Program-made: the position numbers and the translations under genes
In this document: one piece after another, positions 26,007 through 38,600 of the stretch
How the letters are laid out: each line of letters begins with the position of its first letter
Numbering within the stretch: the first letter of the stretch is position 1
Notes under the pieces: generated by a model
What the model saw: only the letters and a program-made list of their open reading frames with translations
Databases searched by the model: none
What the model was told of the DNA's origin: nothing
Assembly (NCBI RefSeq): GCF_041956535.1
Contig: NW_027192193.1
Coordinates: forward strand, 276,437 to 340,436
Length of the DNA: 64,000 bases
Origin: Calcarisporiella thermophila CBS 279.70
Lineage: Eukaryota > Fungi > Calcarisporiellomycota
Reading direction: 5' to 3'

Positions 26007-27635
26007 ATGGTTCTCCGCTCTTTCTCCCTTCTCATTTCCCTCCTCGTCTTCTTCTGCATCGTTGGCCATGTCCTGGCTAGTGCATCACACATCGTCAACG
26101 ACAATCTAATGCGCATCATCGATCTCACCACCCCCATTGTACGTGAACAGGTATCGGTCCGCTTTGAAAACAAGGGTGCATCCCCCATTTCGGAGTACGA
26201 CTTTCTTGTAAGAAGGGAATGGTGTGATAAGGTTGCCGATTTGGTTGCAGAGGATAAGAAAACGAGCGTCAACTTAGAGGTCACCAAGGGCTCTTTGATG
26301 AATCAGTAAGAAGCTTCACCCCTTATTATCAACATGAATAGGCGTTTATTTCTTCTGATCGGTCGACATTGCCATGCTTTTTTATTAATAGAGGCCAAAT
26401 TTACAAGATCCGTCTCAATAATCCTATTGCCCAGGGCGAGAAAACAACCATCACGGTAAAGATAGCTTATGTGCACGGTTTAGAGGCGACGCCCAAAGCC
26501 ATTCGGCAAATGGAAAAACAAATTCTTCATTACCACGGGCGAAAGTATTTTGAGTCTCCCTACGAGATTCGGAAGCAAAAGACCATCGTCAAGTAAGCTT
26601 TGAAAACTTTGAACGATGCCCAATTTATATAATCGAGCTCATATTCGCGATTTTTTTTTTTTCGCAATAGAACACCTGTCGGCATGGCTGTCAAACACTA
26701 CTCCAGCGGCCCAGCAGTTGAACACAAGGATAGTACGATCACATATGGCCCCTTTGAAACTGCTCAGATTAAAAACGCCGATGAGGAGTTGGACGTCTTG
26801 TTTGAATATCGCAAGGCGGTGCTTACAGTCCCGACGCTCCAGCGCGATCTTAAGATAAGCCACTGGGGCGGAAATTTGGGAGTGGAAGAACACTATGCGC
26901 TACGGGTCGATGGTGCCAAGTATGCGGTTGCTCCTATATTTGACATTACTGTTGGAATATTCACACCTACGTTGTCTGTTGATTTTTAGGCTCAGCGGCC
27001 AATTCTCTCGCCTCCTCTTCGCCGGCCAGCAAAATCTTGAGAGCTACTTTTCGTTTGTGCGTCAACTTGCCTTCAACCTTCCCCAGCATGCTCGCGATGT
27101 ATTTTATCGCGACGAAATAGGCAATGTGTCAACCTCCCACCTGCGACATGAACCGAGAAATAAACAAGCCCTTCTCCAGATTCAACCCAGATACCCCCTC
27201 TTCGGCGGCTGGAATTACACCTTCTACTACGGATACAACACTCCTCTCGCCGACTTCGCACGATTCCACAATCCATCGGGACGATACATCCTCAACGTGC
27301 CCTTCGTGAAATCGCTGCCGAATGTGGCCCACGAGCTCGTGGCACTCAACATCACGCTGCCGGAGGGAGCGCGAAATATTCGAGTGCATCTGCCGTTCGC
27401 GGTTGATAAGCAGCTGCACACTACGCGCTTCACAACCTTGGATACAATGGGGAGGACCATGGTCTACCTAGAGAAGCGGAACGTGGTTGACGAACACGCC
27501 CGTGAATTGCAAATCTCGTACGAGTATCCAACCCATCTCTTGCTCCGGAAGCCCTTGGTGGCGAGTGCCGCCTTTGCTGCTCTCTTCGCCATAAGTATGC
27601 TCTACTCACGGATGGAGTTCAAGATTGGGAAGTAG
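26007..27635 (+). CDS. OST1: Oligosaccharyltransferase subunit ribophorin I
   Basis: Signal peptide; motifs ISHWGGN..VEEHY, YRDEIGNVSTS, PRYPLFGGWNY and TTLDTMGR; C-terminal TM segment; three introns. Confidence 0.93.
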
Positions 27636-28290
27636 ACTCTGATCCAAAAAGAAAAAATGTTGTATATTTTTTTTATTTTCCCTCGTCCGAGGGAAGGGAG
27701 GAAGGGCAGGTGTGCGCTTTTTTCTTTCTTTTTTCTTATCTTATTTTCTCTCTTGTTATCTGAAAAGGTTAAATATATATACACTCTATTTTCTTGCTTT
27801 TTTTTGGCACTTCATGATGAGTGAATGCAAGCTTCTTAGAGATAGTACCGGTCATGGGCCGTGGATCTCAGAGCACATTTCAGCGGCCCCCCTCTCCCAC
27901 AAACATTACATCCCACACAAACCATTTGATGGTTTAGATACTATTATTAAAAATAAAACCCACCGCATTTCCTACAAATCGAGCATTTTTTTTTTAACGA
28001 ATTTGGTCTTTTGCACAGATGGAGGGGGCAGTTAAGTGGAGGACAGAGAAAAAAAAATGCAAAGCTATATAATAATATACAAAATATAAACTGCATCTAC
28101 CATACTGTTGGAGGTAGGGGGGGGGGGACGGCCGCAGTGGCGGTGGCGACGACAGGAGGGAGATGGGAAAATTGAATAGATAATCAACTCTATAATACAG
28201 AAGCCATGGCTAAAAGTACATTTATAAACGTGGAGACATCTGGTTTGACGCGGTTGGTTTGTTTCCATATACAATGGCTCAGCTATATGT

Positions 28291-29546
28291 TCAAATTAGT
28301 TCCCCCAACGGGAAAGAACGTGCCCCTGTATATCCCCGCATCCCAATATACTGTACATCCACATTCTCCGAGCACTTCTCAGACCGCAGCAGTTTGACCA
28401 ATAAATACTTGGCAGATCTAAAGGCAAATTGACCTCATCAGTCAAGCTTTTGGCTCGACAGTTTAAAGGCGGCTTCTTACCGGTGCTTCAGCGGGACCCG
28501 AGTGCAGTAGTTCGACGAGGCCTCCAGGTGGAAGAAAGCGGCAGGCAGAAGCTCATCGGGGGCAGAAGCAAGGCCTTGCGACTTGGTGATGAGATCGTCG
28601 TAATCACGCTGCGTAAAGTTATCGTATTTTAAGGTGGCTAACCAGCAATTATTCAGTACAACATAGACAAAAAGAGGATGGGCACTGCTTTATTTTTCGG
28701 GTACCTTGCAACGGAATGAGATCATGCGAAATAAATAGCATGCCTTCTTTACCTAAAGCCAAGGATAAAAGTAGGGATCAGTCACGACATCGGGTCACCA
28801 TAGAGGCATCCCAAATTTGTAAGCTCTTACATGGTGCGGTAAATCCTTGGGTGGGCGCCTTCACTACCAGCTCGGTAAGCACACAGGATGTTGATGAAGA
28901 GCCGGGTTGTGAATCGCTGAATCGGAAGAGTATATTGATGTTGCCGCTTTTGGATGAGCTAAACACATACTCATTTAGTACGCATCCATACCCCTACCGA
29001 CCAGAACAAGGAAAGGTCTCACCAGTACACATTGTTGTCATCCTTTAATACATTTTCCACGGAATAGGCAGGGCTGCAGAGTACGTGCCATCAGAACCGA
29101 ATTAAATTCAACATGAAAAAGAGCGCAAGCATTTACCTGTAGTCGCCTCCGTCAGTATACACGACTTTGAAGTTTAGCATATATTCATCCTCGACATCAA
29201 CGATGCAATTACGCTTTTTTTCATCCTCTTCCCGTATTCTTTCTCCAGCTCGCCCTTCGCCAGCTTCCTCCATCCTCGCGCTGAAATTCGGAGTTGCCGT
29301 AGCTTGCGTTCCGGCATAGCGTGTGCGCCGCATATAATGTCTGTGCAGAGAAGATGAGGACTCGATGCGAGTTTGCGAGAAGGGTGGCTCCTCTGAGTGA
29401 GACTGGGTCGGTGGCGAGGGCGGAATTTGAAGCTGCTCAGGGTCGTTACCGAGAAGATTGCGCATGTTTCGAAGATAATGCTGCAGGGCTAGCGCGGCAC
29501 GCATGTTATGGGCGGAATCGGGTTCGAGGATGGGGGTAAATTGCAT
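28291..29546 (-). CDS. Uncharacterised fungal-type protein with a probable beta-sandwich (discoidin/galactose-binding-like) domain
   Basis: Exons read MQFTP..., FKVVYTDGGDY, YSVENVLKDDNNVY, VLTELVVKAP..GFTAPC and SAKYLLVKLLRS..ENVDVQYIGMRGYTGARSFP. GT-AG junctions are visible. The fold call is inference. Confidence 0.6.
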
Positions 29547-30745
29547 CTTATAAATGACACTATCAAGGCAAATGGATGAGAACGGGATCGGATAATGGGC
29601 GTGGACACGGAGCGAGCGCCGCAATGAGCAATGGCAGTAGAGCAAGAGTCGATAGAAGATAGAACAGGACGAGTTTCTATACCAAAGAGAAGAGCGTAGG
29701 CACAAATCCCATGGGGAAAAAAAGCAAAAACAGGTTTGTCTGCCCTGGCCTCCTCCTGCAAGTGGCGGCGTTAGAACTTTTTATATTTAGATTGAGTAGT
29801 AATTTTTCAGCAAAGAAAATGGACCACCGCGCAGATAACAGGGTATTTTCTTATCGACGGCGAGTTGAGGGCGGCCAAATCGAGGGTGGAGGATGGGCAA
29901 ATTTTTTCCCTCGAATGCGGGCAGGCATGATTCATATTGGACACTTGCATATTAAATCCTGGCGTAAATTAAAGATCGGTCGAAAATCATCCAGGTATCG
30001 CATCCTATTCAGAATCCCCATATCGCAATACTCCCATCCACAACCTAATTCTAGGTGCTGTGCTTTAAACTCTAAGCCTGGGCTTCGCACGATTTGTTCT
30101 CTTGCCTATTGAGTGCCGAGGAATTTTTCGACCTAGGTTTGCTCGTAATACCATGGCTCAGAGCTGTCTGATTCCACGGCTCTAGCAACAACCAGAGTCG
30201 TGTGCCAATCTTGGGCGATAAGGATGGTATCTCTGGGCTCTAGAGCAAATGCGAGCAAAGGAATGGCTTGGACTCTCATACGAACTGTTTGCTTTATACA
30301 TAGGGGTGCAGAGAATTCAGCAGATTCATGTATTCCTCTGCGGCTTAAGTAATTCTTCTGAACTCGTGTGCTAGAGCACTCTGATATCAACGCGGAGAGG
30401 GGTGACGATAACTTGGTTAGGTCTTGGAGGGTGCCTGAGCCCTGCTCCACATGGAGCTAGAGGGGTAGAGCACTACCGAGCTCACTCGGCAACTTCCGGG
30501 GATTAGGGTTAAAGGATACGGAGGCTTTAATTATGTGCCCTGAAAGCACTCCCGAAGTCGATTGCATATTAATAGGTTGTAATTTTAACTGTATGCCGGA
30601 GAGATGGAACGATGAAATATCCTGTACCTCGGCAGAAATTTGTGACTGTCAGGTCGGATACTCATCATGGGGGGCTTTTCACGTATACATAGATTTGCTT
30701 ACTGAGTAGGAAGACTTTCAACCCTGAAATCGGTTTAGTCTGTGG

Positions 30746-32113
30746 ATGCGCAGTATAGGCGAGCTTGTTGTAGTGGCAATTAAAGGCCGCCATCTTCCCA
30801 ACCGAGAGCTTATTGGCAAGCAATCGCCTTACATTGTTTTCACCCTTGGCACTATCACTAAGCGAACACCTGCCGATCGACGCGGTGGACAAACTCCCAC
30901 TTGGGATACCCAAGTTAATCTCCCAGTACCCGAAGGCAAATCTACCCTCCAAATACAGTGTTGGGACGAAGACAGAGGGAAAAATCACGATTTGATTGGA
31001 GAAACTGTGGTCGATATTACAAAAGCTCTTAAAGAAGGAGAGTGGGACGGTAAGCGTGAATTGGCTCATGATTAGCTGAAGAATGGCTAATGCCCTTCTT
31101 TTTCTTTAGATTGGTTCGATCTACAGTATAACAAGCGGCCAGCTGGCCAAATCTATTTGGAACTTACATTTTATTCTGCCACCCCGCCGGCTAATCCCCC
31201 CACTCGACAGCAAAAACGCTTAGCAAACCCAATCCCCCCTCCACTCTCAATGTCTGCGCCATATCCACCCGCTCCTACCCCTGCCTCTGCTACATCACCT
31301 TCCAACCACCACCCTCCTTCTAGACCACCTGTTCCCCCACCTCCGCCCCCCCAGCAGCAGGGAGCAGCCCGACCTCCTTCGACCAACCCCAGCTTCCCCT
31401 CTGGGCCTAACCCTCCGAAAAATCCGCAGCACCGTTACTCCATGCCACTGCCTTCTCCTGGCACTATTAACCCCATGCGACCTCTCTATCCACTCCACCC
31501 TGTTCCCGCGTCTCCTCCATCCTCAGTTTATCCCCCGCAGCCTATTAGCGCTAGTTCTCCCCCCCCCCAACCACAGACTCTGGGAAGCCCAACCGTCAAC
31601 AGACCTCCCCGCCCACCTGGAGGATTTGTTCCCCCCACTCCTGCTCCTGTTCCCGCCCTGTTGACTCAGCCATATCGGCCACCACCGTCGCCTGCCGTGA
31701 TGCCGGCGTATCCCTCCCAAATGTATCCCTCGCCCGAAGTAGTGATGGGCCAACCGCCCAACCAGTACCCAATGCAGATGCCTCACTCTGGTCATTTTGT
31801 GCAGCCAGGGGGATTCATCATCCCGCAGCGACATCCAGCCAATGCGGGCATGTACATGCCTGATCCTCACTACGGCGGAGGCGCATATCCCCCTCATGCT
31901 CCACCTCAGGGTATGGGCTATCCAATGCCACCGCAGTCATCGCCTGCGGGAGGCTATCCACCTCCACCCCTGCAGCAACACCAGCCAATCTATCCTTCGT
32001 CTGGATATCCCCCGCAACCCTATGCAACCACGCCCGCACCTCCCCCCTCTCAACCGCCTCAAGGACAAGGAGGATATCCTCCTCTCTCACGCCATGCCTC
32101 TACCAAGTATTAA
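30746..32113 (+). CDS. C2-domain, proline-rich cytokinetic ingression protein (Fic1/Inn1-like)
   Basis: N-terminal C2 domain (LVVVAIKGRHLPNRELIGKQSPY...TPADRRGGQTPTWD) followed by a long PxxP-rich tail. One intron at about 31050-31109. Confidence 0.8.
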
Positions 32114-32630
32114 CCAAATTTCTTCTCCTGTACTGTACTCAGTTTCTAAAGACTCACCTATCTATTTCCATTTTTCTATATTTATTCTTTTCCCTATCGA
32201 ATATTATTATCGTTTTTTTTCTCTTTTTTTTTTATTTTTATCTTTTTTGTGTGTAATAATGCTATTTCATCTTCACCTATTCTTATCTCTAACAGATTTA
32301 TCACATGTTGTTATGGTTTAGATCTTGGTTTTCAGTGTTTTTCTTGGTTTTACACTTCTCTCTTACTGTTCTATTGCCTATTAATACTATTCCGTATAAT
32401 GAGCGAGCATGGAAAACTTTTCTGGGGTCACTATTCCCTTTTCTCGCATCTGCGGCGAAAAAAAAAGTGTTCCCATGCGGTTTTTCAATAAAGTAAAATA
32501 TAAACAAGAAAATAAAGCGAAAAAAAAAAAATACAATACACTTCCAACCATAGTAAACATAGGTATAATAAATAGTCGCCTAAATACAGAGGCATGAAGG
32601 AAGTACAAAAAGGCAAATACGAACAGCCCT

Positions 32631-33717
32631 CTATTCGTCACAAACCCGCATTAGAAGTTCTCTAATATCCTCTCTTTCCATTCCGTACAGTAATGCCATT
32701 GAAACGAGGGAACGCACACCTTGAATCAAGAGAGGGCGAATTGCATCTCGCTGGTGTTCCAGACGATTATCGAGGCGTTTGTCAAAGTCGGCGAGAAGAT
32801 GATGCATAGTGTTTATGTTAGTGTAAGATGGTTGAGCGGCAGTAGGATCGTACGGCTGGTTTTTGGAACCAAGCGTGCGCTTAAGAAGACTGCTAAGCTC
32901 TGCTAAGGCCTCTGGAGATGGTTCATTATCCTCATCTGCCTCTGCCTCTGCCTCTGTCTCTGCTTCCCTCCGATTTCCATTATGCTGAGAGTCATGTTGA
33001 GGCGATATCCTTCCGGGAACCACGTCAACTTCGGCTATGGTATATTCGCTACTTTCATTCAATGCATCGCGCGACTTGTCCACGCCTGTGTCTGCCGCCG
33101 TCGTGTCGTATTGATCCCAATAGGAATCTTCATCGTCCGGATCTGGCTCCCTTCGCGATGGCTCAGAAGTATGCCCTTCCACATTGTTCAAATAGCGCGA
33201 CCAGTAAGAATCATCCTCTTCTTCATCTTCTGACACGGCCGCATTCTAATGAAAAATCATCACTTATCGATATCGGCGCATCTTTCAAGGATGATGTCTT
33301 TATTATTACCTTTGCAGTAGGATTGGTCACTTCAAACCCGCCTTCCCTTACATCCCAATATTTCCACTCGCCATCCTCGCCCGTTTCCTGCACACCTTCC
33401 TCCCACACCAGTATTAAACAGCACCCACCAATTTCAAAACGAGCCTGCTTTGTCTCTACATCGACGTTTACCTCCTTAGGTCCTTTCAACTCCACTTCCG
33501 CAGGCAAGTCTCTAATGATCTCTGGGGCACGATCAGGGTTCAGTTGGACATGGGCAGCAAAATCGGAATCTTCTTTCGGACGGAGAAAAAAGAGTCGCTG
33601 GCGAATGGCTTTAGCAAGGAGTGGCGCGAGGAGAGGAAGAGATGAAGCCCGAATTGCTTGAAGAGCGCAAAGGGCAACAGCACGAGGATCTTTCAGATTA
33701 AGCTGACCGTCGGCCAT
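32631..33717 (-). CDS. Uncharacterised protein with duplicated acidic D/E-D-S-Y-W-x-x-Y motifs
   Basis: Two ORF-track frames are joined by an in-frame intron (AAG|gtaata...cattag|AAT, about 33246-33309). Start MADGQ at 33717; motifs DDSYWSRY and EDSYWDQYD. Confidence 0.65.
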
Positions 33718-35660
33718 TCTACTCCCTGGGTGATCAAGAAAAGCCCTGCTGGAATTAAGGAGGATTTGGGTAAGGAAGTCAAGAGTAGCGAGACGAAAAA
33801 TTGCATAGTCCTTCACAATAGACGTCACGTGCACCTTCTTTGCGGAAGCATTGTTTATTTTGCTCCAGCATCCTCTTGCTTGTCCCACGAGTCTCCGTCA
33901 ATACATTGGCTTATCAACTGGCAGTGTGGGAGAAGACATATTCTCATTTGTGTGGAGTTCTGGTATTTGATTCAACGAGAAAAAGATTGAATATCGGTCC
34001 ATGCATCGATAAACCGAAATGGAAAAGGTTTAATCACCAGGATCTTTACAGGCTCTTCGGTGGTCGATTCACTCGATATTTCGGTTCATGGAGAAGTTTA
34101 CCCAACCCATTAATTCAAGTGGATGGTGTACCTGAATGTAAGGGCTTGAAATAATTGATGCCTCCAAAGAATGGCTATCCAACCGTCCTATATCTATGTT
34201 TCTATGCCACATTGAAGATAATATGAATAATATGAATAATATGAATGCGACTAGAGCGCAAGGTTATATTTGAACTATATCATTTCATTACAGGCACATT
34301 ATGTAGGGCTTGGAAACTGCAGAATATTTAGGATTACAGATTGAGATTATCCTGCCCCTGCAGAAAGGCCTTGGAGTGTTGGTGAATTAATGAAAACTGT
34401 TAAACTGTTAAACAAAACTCATTCTGTGCCGACAATTTGGTTCCGTCTGTATCTCAAAAGCAATAAGTGGAGTGGGCTTTTATTGAAATAAAAAAAATCT
34501 TAAGATTAAAATTGGTAACCCAACTGTCAACAGTAGCGGCTCCATACATTGCTCCCCTTCTCGTCCCTGACAGATCATACTGACACCGGCATTAGTAAAG
34601 GGTATAATAATCACCAAGATTAAACTATTTTCTCTGCTTTAAAAAAACAGCATAAATGACATTTAGGTTTCGACAAAATGACCCTAGAAACGATGGGCAA
34701 GCACTAATTTATTGTAGTAAAGTATCGCTCTTTTTAAACTAAAGCTAATATATCACAATAGTAAAAGCATAGACATTACAAGCGTATAAGCGTAATATAA
34801 CAGGGCTATAGATACATAAAACAAAAGGGTCTCAAGATACCAACGCTATTATCACAGAATGGCCATGTTGACCGGATCGATTGTCCCATCAAATAACACT
34901 TGTGAATGAGGCGATCTCCATCCTATATCTTCTCCAGATAATAGGAAATTTGTTTCACATTCAGCAGGTAGAACCGATTTTAGCGGTTTCGGCTCTTCGA
35001 TCTTATAACCTTCGTCTGTAATCAATAGATACTTGTAAAGGGGAAGTGAAAATACATCAATCACTTTCCAGTTAGATGACGCAGCTGGGAATCCTTCAAG
35101 TATGCGCCGCTTGGAATAGAATGCCAATATCCTCCTTTGTGCTGGAGTTTGCCACAGGTGAATGCGATTGCTAAGATGGAAATACCGCATTCATCCAGGG
35201 GCCTGAGAAAATATGATAAGCTCTAATGGACGGGTGTCTTCTACGGGAATCAAACCCGCAACCTAGATACTCAGCTCTAGGGCTATTGTTATTTAATTTC
35301 TTTACCTTGTTAGGAGAATCTTTATTAAAAAGTATCCTTTTTCGTTCTTAATAAAGGAGATTGGATTATTGATATTTTTGAAAGTTGGAGTTCAAATACT
35401 AATTTCAGAGGAATAATGTGGAGGCTCCAATTAGATTTCAATTTAATATCAACTAACACTTAATATTAATACTACGATACATACGGGCTATTGATGCAAA
35501 TGAATTTTAGCGATGCGAAATGCAAAATTCTCATCAATTGACGGGGAGTTTCTTCATCTGCGGCGCTGGAAACCAGCGGATGGATCCAAGATGAAGAAAG
35601 CGGCGTAGAGCGAGGTGCCTTGCGGAGCCCCCTTACCTCACCGAATTTTGACCAGGCAAG

Positions 35661-38600
35661 GTGCTGCCTAAGCGCTGCATGATTATGGCTTTGGAGAGTT
35701 TCCCAATGACTTCAAATGGAAAAATCGATAAAGCCAAATTGAAGGAGACTTTACACCAAACTCCAAAGAGCCGCCAGCTACCTATTAATGACAAACAAAA
35801 ACTAGTCATCAGCCTTATGTCATCCATTCTTAACATCGACGCTGAAATGATTGATCTTAACTCCTCGTTCTTTGCACTTGGAGGCGATTCCATCTCTGCC
35901 ATTGCATTGGTGTCTGCTTTCCGACGAAATGGTCTCTATCTAACCGTACCACAGCTGTTCAAGGCAACCACTCCTGCAAGATTGGCTTCTATTGCTCAAG
36001 AGAAATCCGAAAAGCCTGCCTACTCCTCCGAAGCCGTAGTTGGCAACATCACACTCGCTCCAATTCAGCACATGTTCTTTGAAAGAACTGGATTGGATCA
36101 CTACAATCAATCCTATCTCGGATTTATATTCGGCTTCAGCCAACACATCGAATTTGACCTCTACAAGAAAACAATTGTCAGCATTATCAAACACCATGAC
36201 ATGCTCAGAGCAAGCTACTCCAAAGGCAAAGACGGCACGTGGAGACAAACCGTTCTCGAGACGGACGCATTTGCAATCAATGCACACCACATCAGCTGTA
36301 GTAGCGAAGACGAACTCAAGGAACAAGTCAAGCAGCTAGCTTCAACCTTCGATATTGAGAGAGGCTTGGTCCACTGTGCAGTTCTTTTCGAGGTATGTAA
36401 ACCCTTGTGTATTGTATGAGGAAAAATGCCAATCTTCTTCATATATTGCTATTGCAATTATCAAGATTGGTTATAAGCAGAGAGTATGCTTCATTGCTCA
36501 TCCGCTTGTTGTTGATCGCCATTCGTTAAATATCATTTTGGAAGATCTCGAAGAGTCGTTGCAAGGAGGAGAGGCATACAAGACCAAGATGACAGCTTTC
36601 CGCGAATGGGTATCATGGCAAGAGAACCAGGCAACTTTGTTCGATCCCAAGGAATGGGAGCGGCATCTCAGTAGCATTGGCACGGCATTCATACCAAAGG
36701 GGAACGACCAAAGGTAACATTATTTTTTGCATAAAGGTGAAGTCTACAGCTCATATGATTTTTGGATTATATTCTAGCAAACATCAAGTGTCCTCGCACA
36801 AAATCAATGCGTCAGCATCCAACCTTCTTGGAAAAGCCATTGAAGTATACCGAACCAGCGCACATGAACTAATTCTGTGCGCTCTTCTACTGAGTTACTC
36901 GGAAGTAACAGGACAGACCATGCTTCCATTGAATATTGAAGGCAATGGGCGTAAACTCAGCGGCAGTTACCATGACTTCTCAAGGACAGTTGGTCAATTC
37001 ACCACAATATTCCCCACTACTTTGTCCACTGCAAGCACTCATCCACAGGAGACCATAATCAAGAATGTCAAGTCTCTTCTGCGTACAATCCCGAATGGGG
37101 GCGTGTCTTATGGAGCACTGAAATACCCTGCATCTTCAACCGAATCAACCAAAGCCATTAAAGAGCACTCTGCAAGTCCAATATATTTCAAGGCGTATGA
37201 AAATATTCTTACATTGAATAATGCATCCGCCTCCTTCATTTCCAATGAACAAAGCAATTCCCCCGATGGAGAGACGAGCTCTCATCTGAACATTGAATAT
37301 GCCTTCGATACCAATGGGTGTCTTGATCTGATCTTCAGCTTTAACCATGCTTCATTCGATGCAAATATCCTGGATCAGTGGGGAAGCAAGTGGGTGAGAG
37401 CAATGGAGGGGTTCATCGAGCACTGCTGCGATCCCAACACTTCCGGTGACATCGCAACTTGCGATTTCAGCCTATTGACGGATCCCTCTCTTGCCAGAGA
37501 GTTTGAGATGGTGCATCTGCCGTCTTTACAACTCAAGCCAAGAGATGTGGAAGATATCTATCCTGCAACTCCTCTGCAAACTAGCTTCATCTCGGCATTG
37601 GCTAGGAATCCTCGGTCATATATGGTTCCATCTATATATGATATCGTAGGCGAATTCGATGCACTACGTGTGAAAAAAGCATGGGCCAAAGTTGCTGCTG
37701 CAAACTCTATTCTTCGTACGGTATTTGTATCCACCACGGAAGGCGTCTTTCAAATTGTTCTCAGATCTGCTCCCGACGTGCCGGTAGAAACTGTTGAGTG
37801 GAACGTGGATGAATTTGACAAGCTTCAAAATGATTTTGTCCTTGCAGATAGTCGTCGCGGTTTCAGTTTGAACGATATTAAATTTACCAGATTCACAGTT
37901 GCTCGTTTCAAAGGCAGAGATCATTATCGACTCTTCATGACAATGCACCACTCAATTATAGACGGGTCATCAGTACCACTACTTCTAAACGATGTGTTGA
38001 GTGCGTATTCAGGCGGAGAGATTGTGTATCGGCCTTCTTTCAAGACCCATGTTGAGTCTATTTTATCAATCAATGAAGATGAAGTCAAATCCTATTGGAA
38101 GTCAGTATTGGATGGAGCGACCGTTCCGGACAATTTAAATAGCCTAAATGAGGATGCTGATCTCGAAAATGCTGACACTGATTATAAGATATACAAGCTA
38201 AAGGTACAAGTTGATCAATTTTTGCACCACTGCAAAACCTTTGGTATTACCGTTTCCAACTATCTACGTGCTGTATGGGCAATTGTTCTGCGTCACTTTA
38301 CGCGATGTGATGACGTTATCTTCGGGTGCATTATTAATGGTCGCGACGGAGATATTAACGATTCTACAAGGTTTGAATGAACTCTCTCTGACAATATAAT
38401 TCCAAAATAACATAAAAATTGTGACTTGTTTCTAATCTGTTTCCTAACAACGATAGGATCATTGGAGCCCTAATCAATACCATACCCATCAGAACTGTGC
38501 TGAACGATAAAATGACAATAATCGATTTAGCGCAGGCAATGCAGGATTACCAAATCTCCTCAGCCCCTTACAGTCAAGTTTCGCTTTCAGATATCAAACA

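Noticed and set aside
30110-30495. Possible MITE bounded by TGCCGAG/CTCGGCA with internal CTAGAGC-like repeats
   Set aside because: The inverted match is only 7 bp and there is no clear target-site duplication.
33223-33310. Apparent frameshift between overlapping ORFs 33223-33888 and 32631-33236
   Set aside because: Explained by a canonical GT-AG intron that restores the frame.
34852-35190. 112-aa minus-strand ORF upstream of the NRPS
   Set aside because: No recognisable motif, NRPS similarity or gene structure; at most an unidentifiable remnant.
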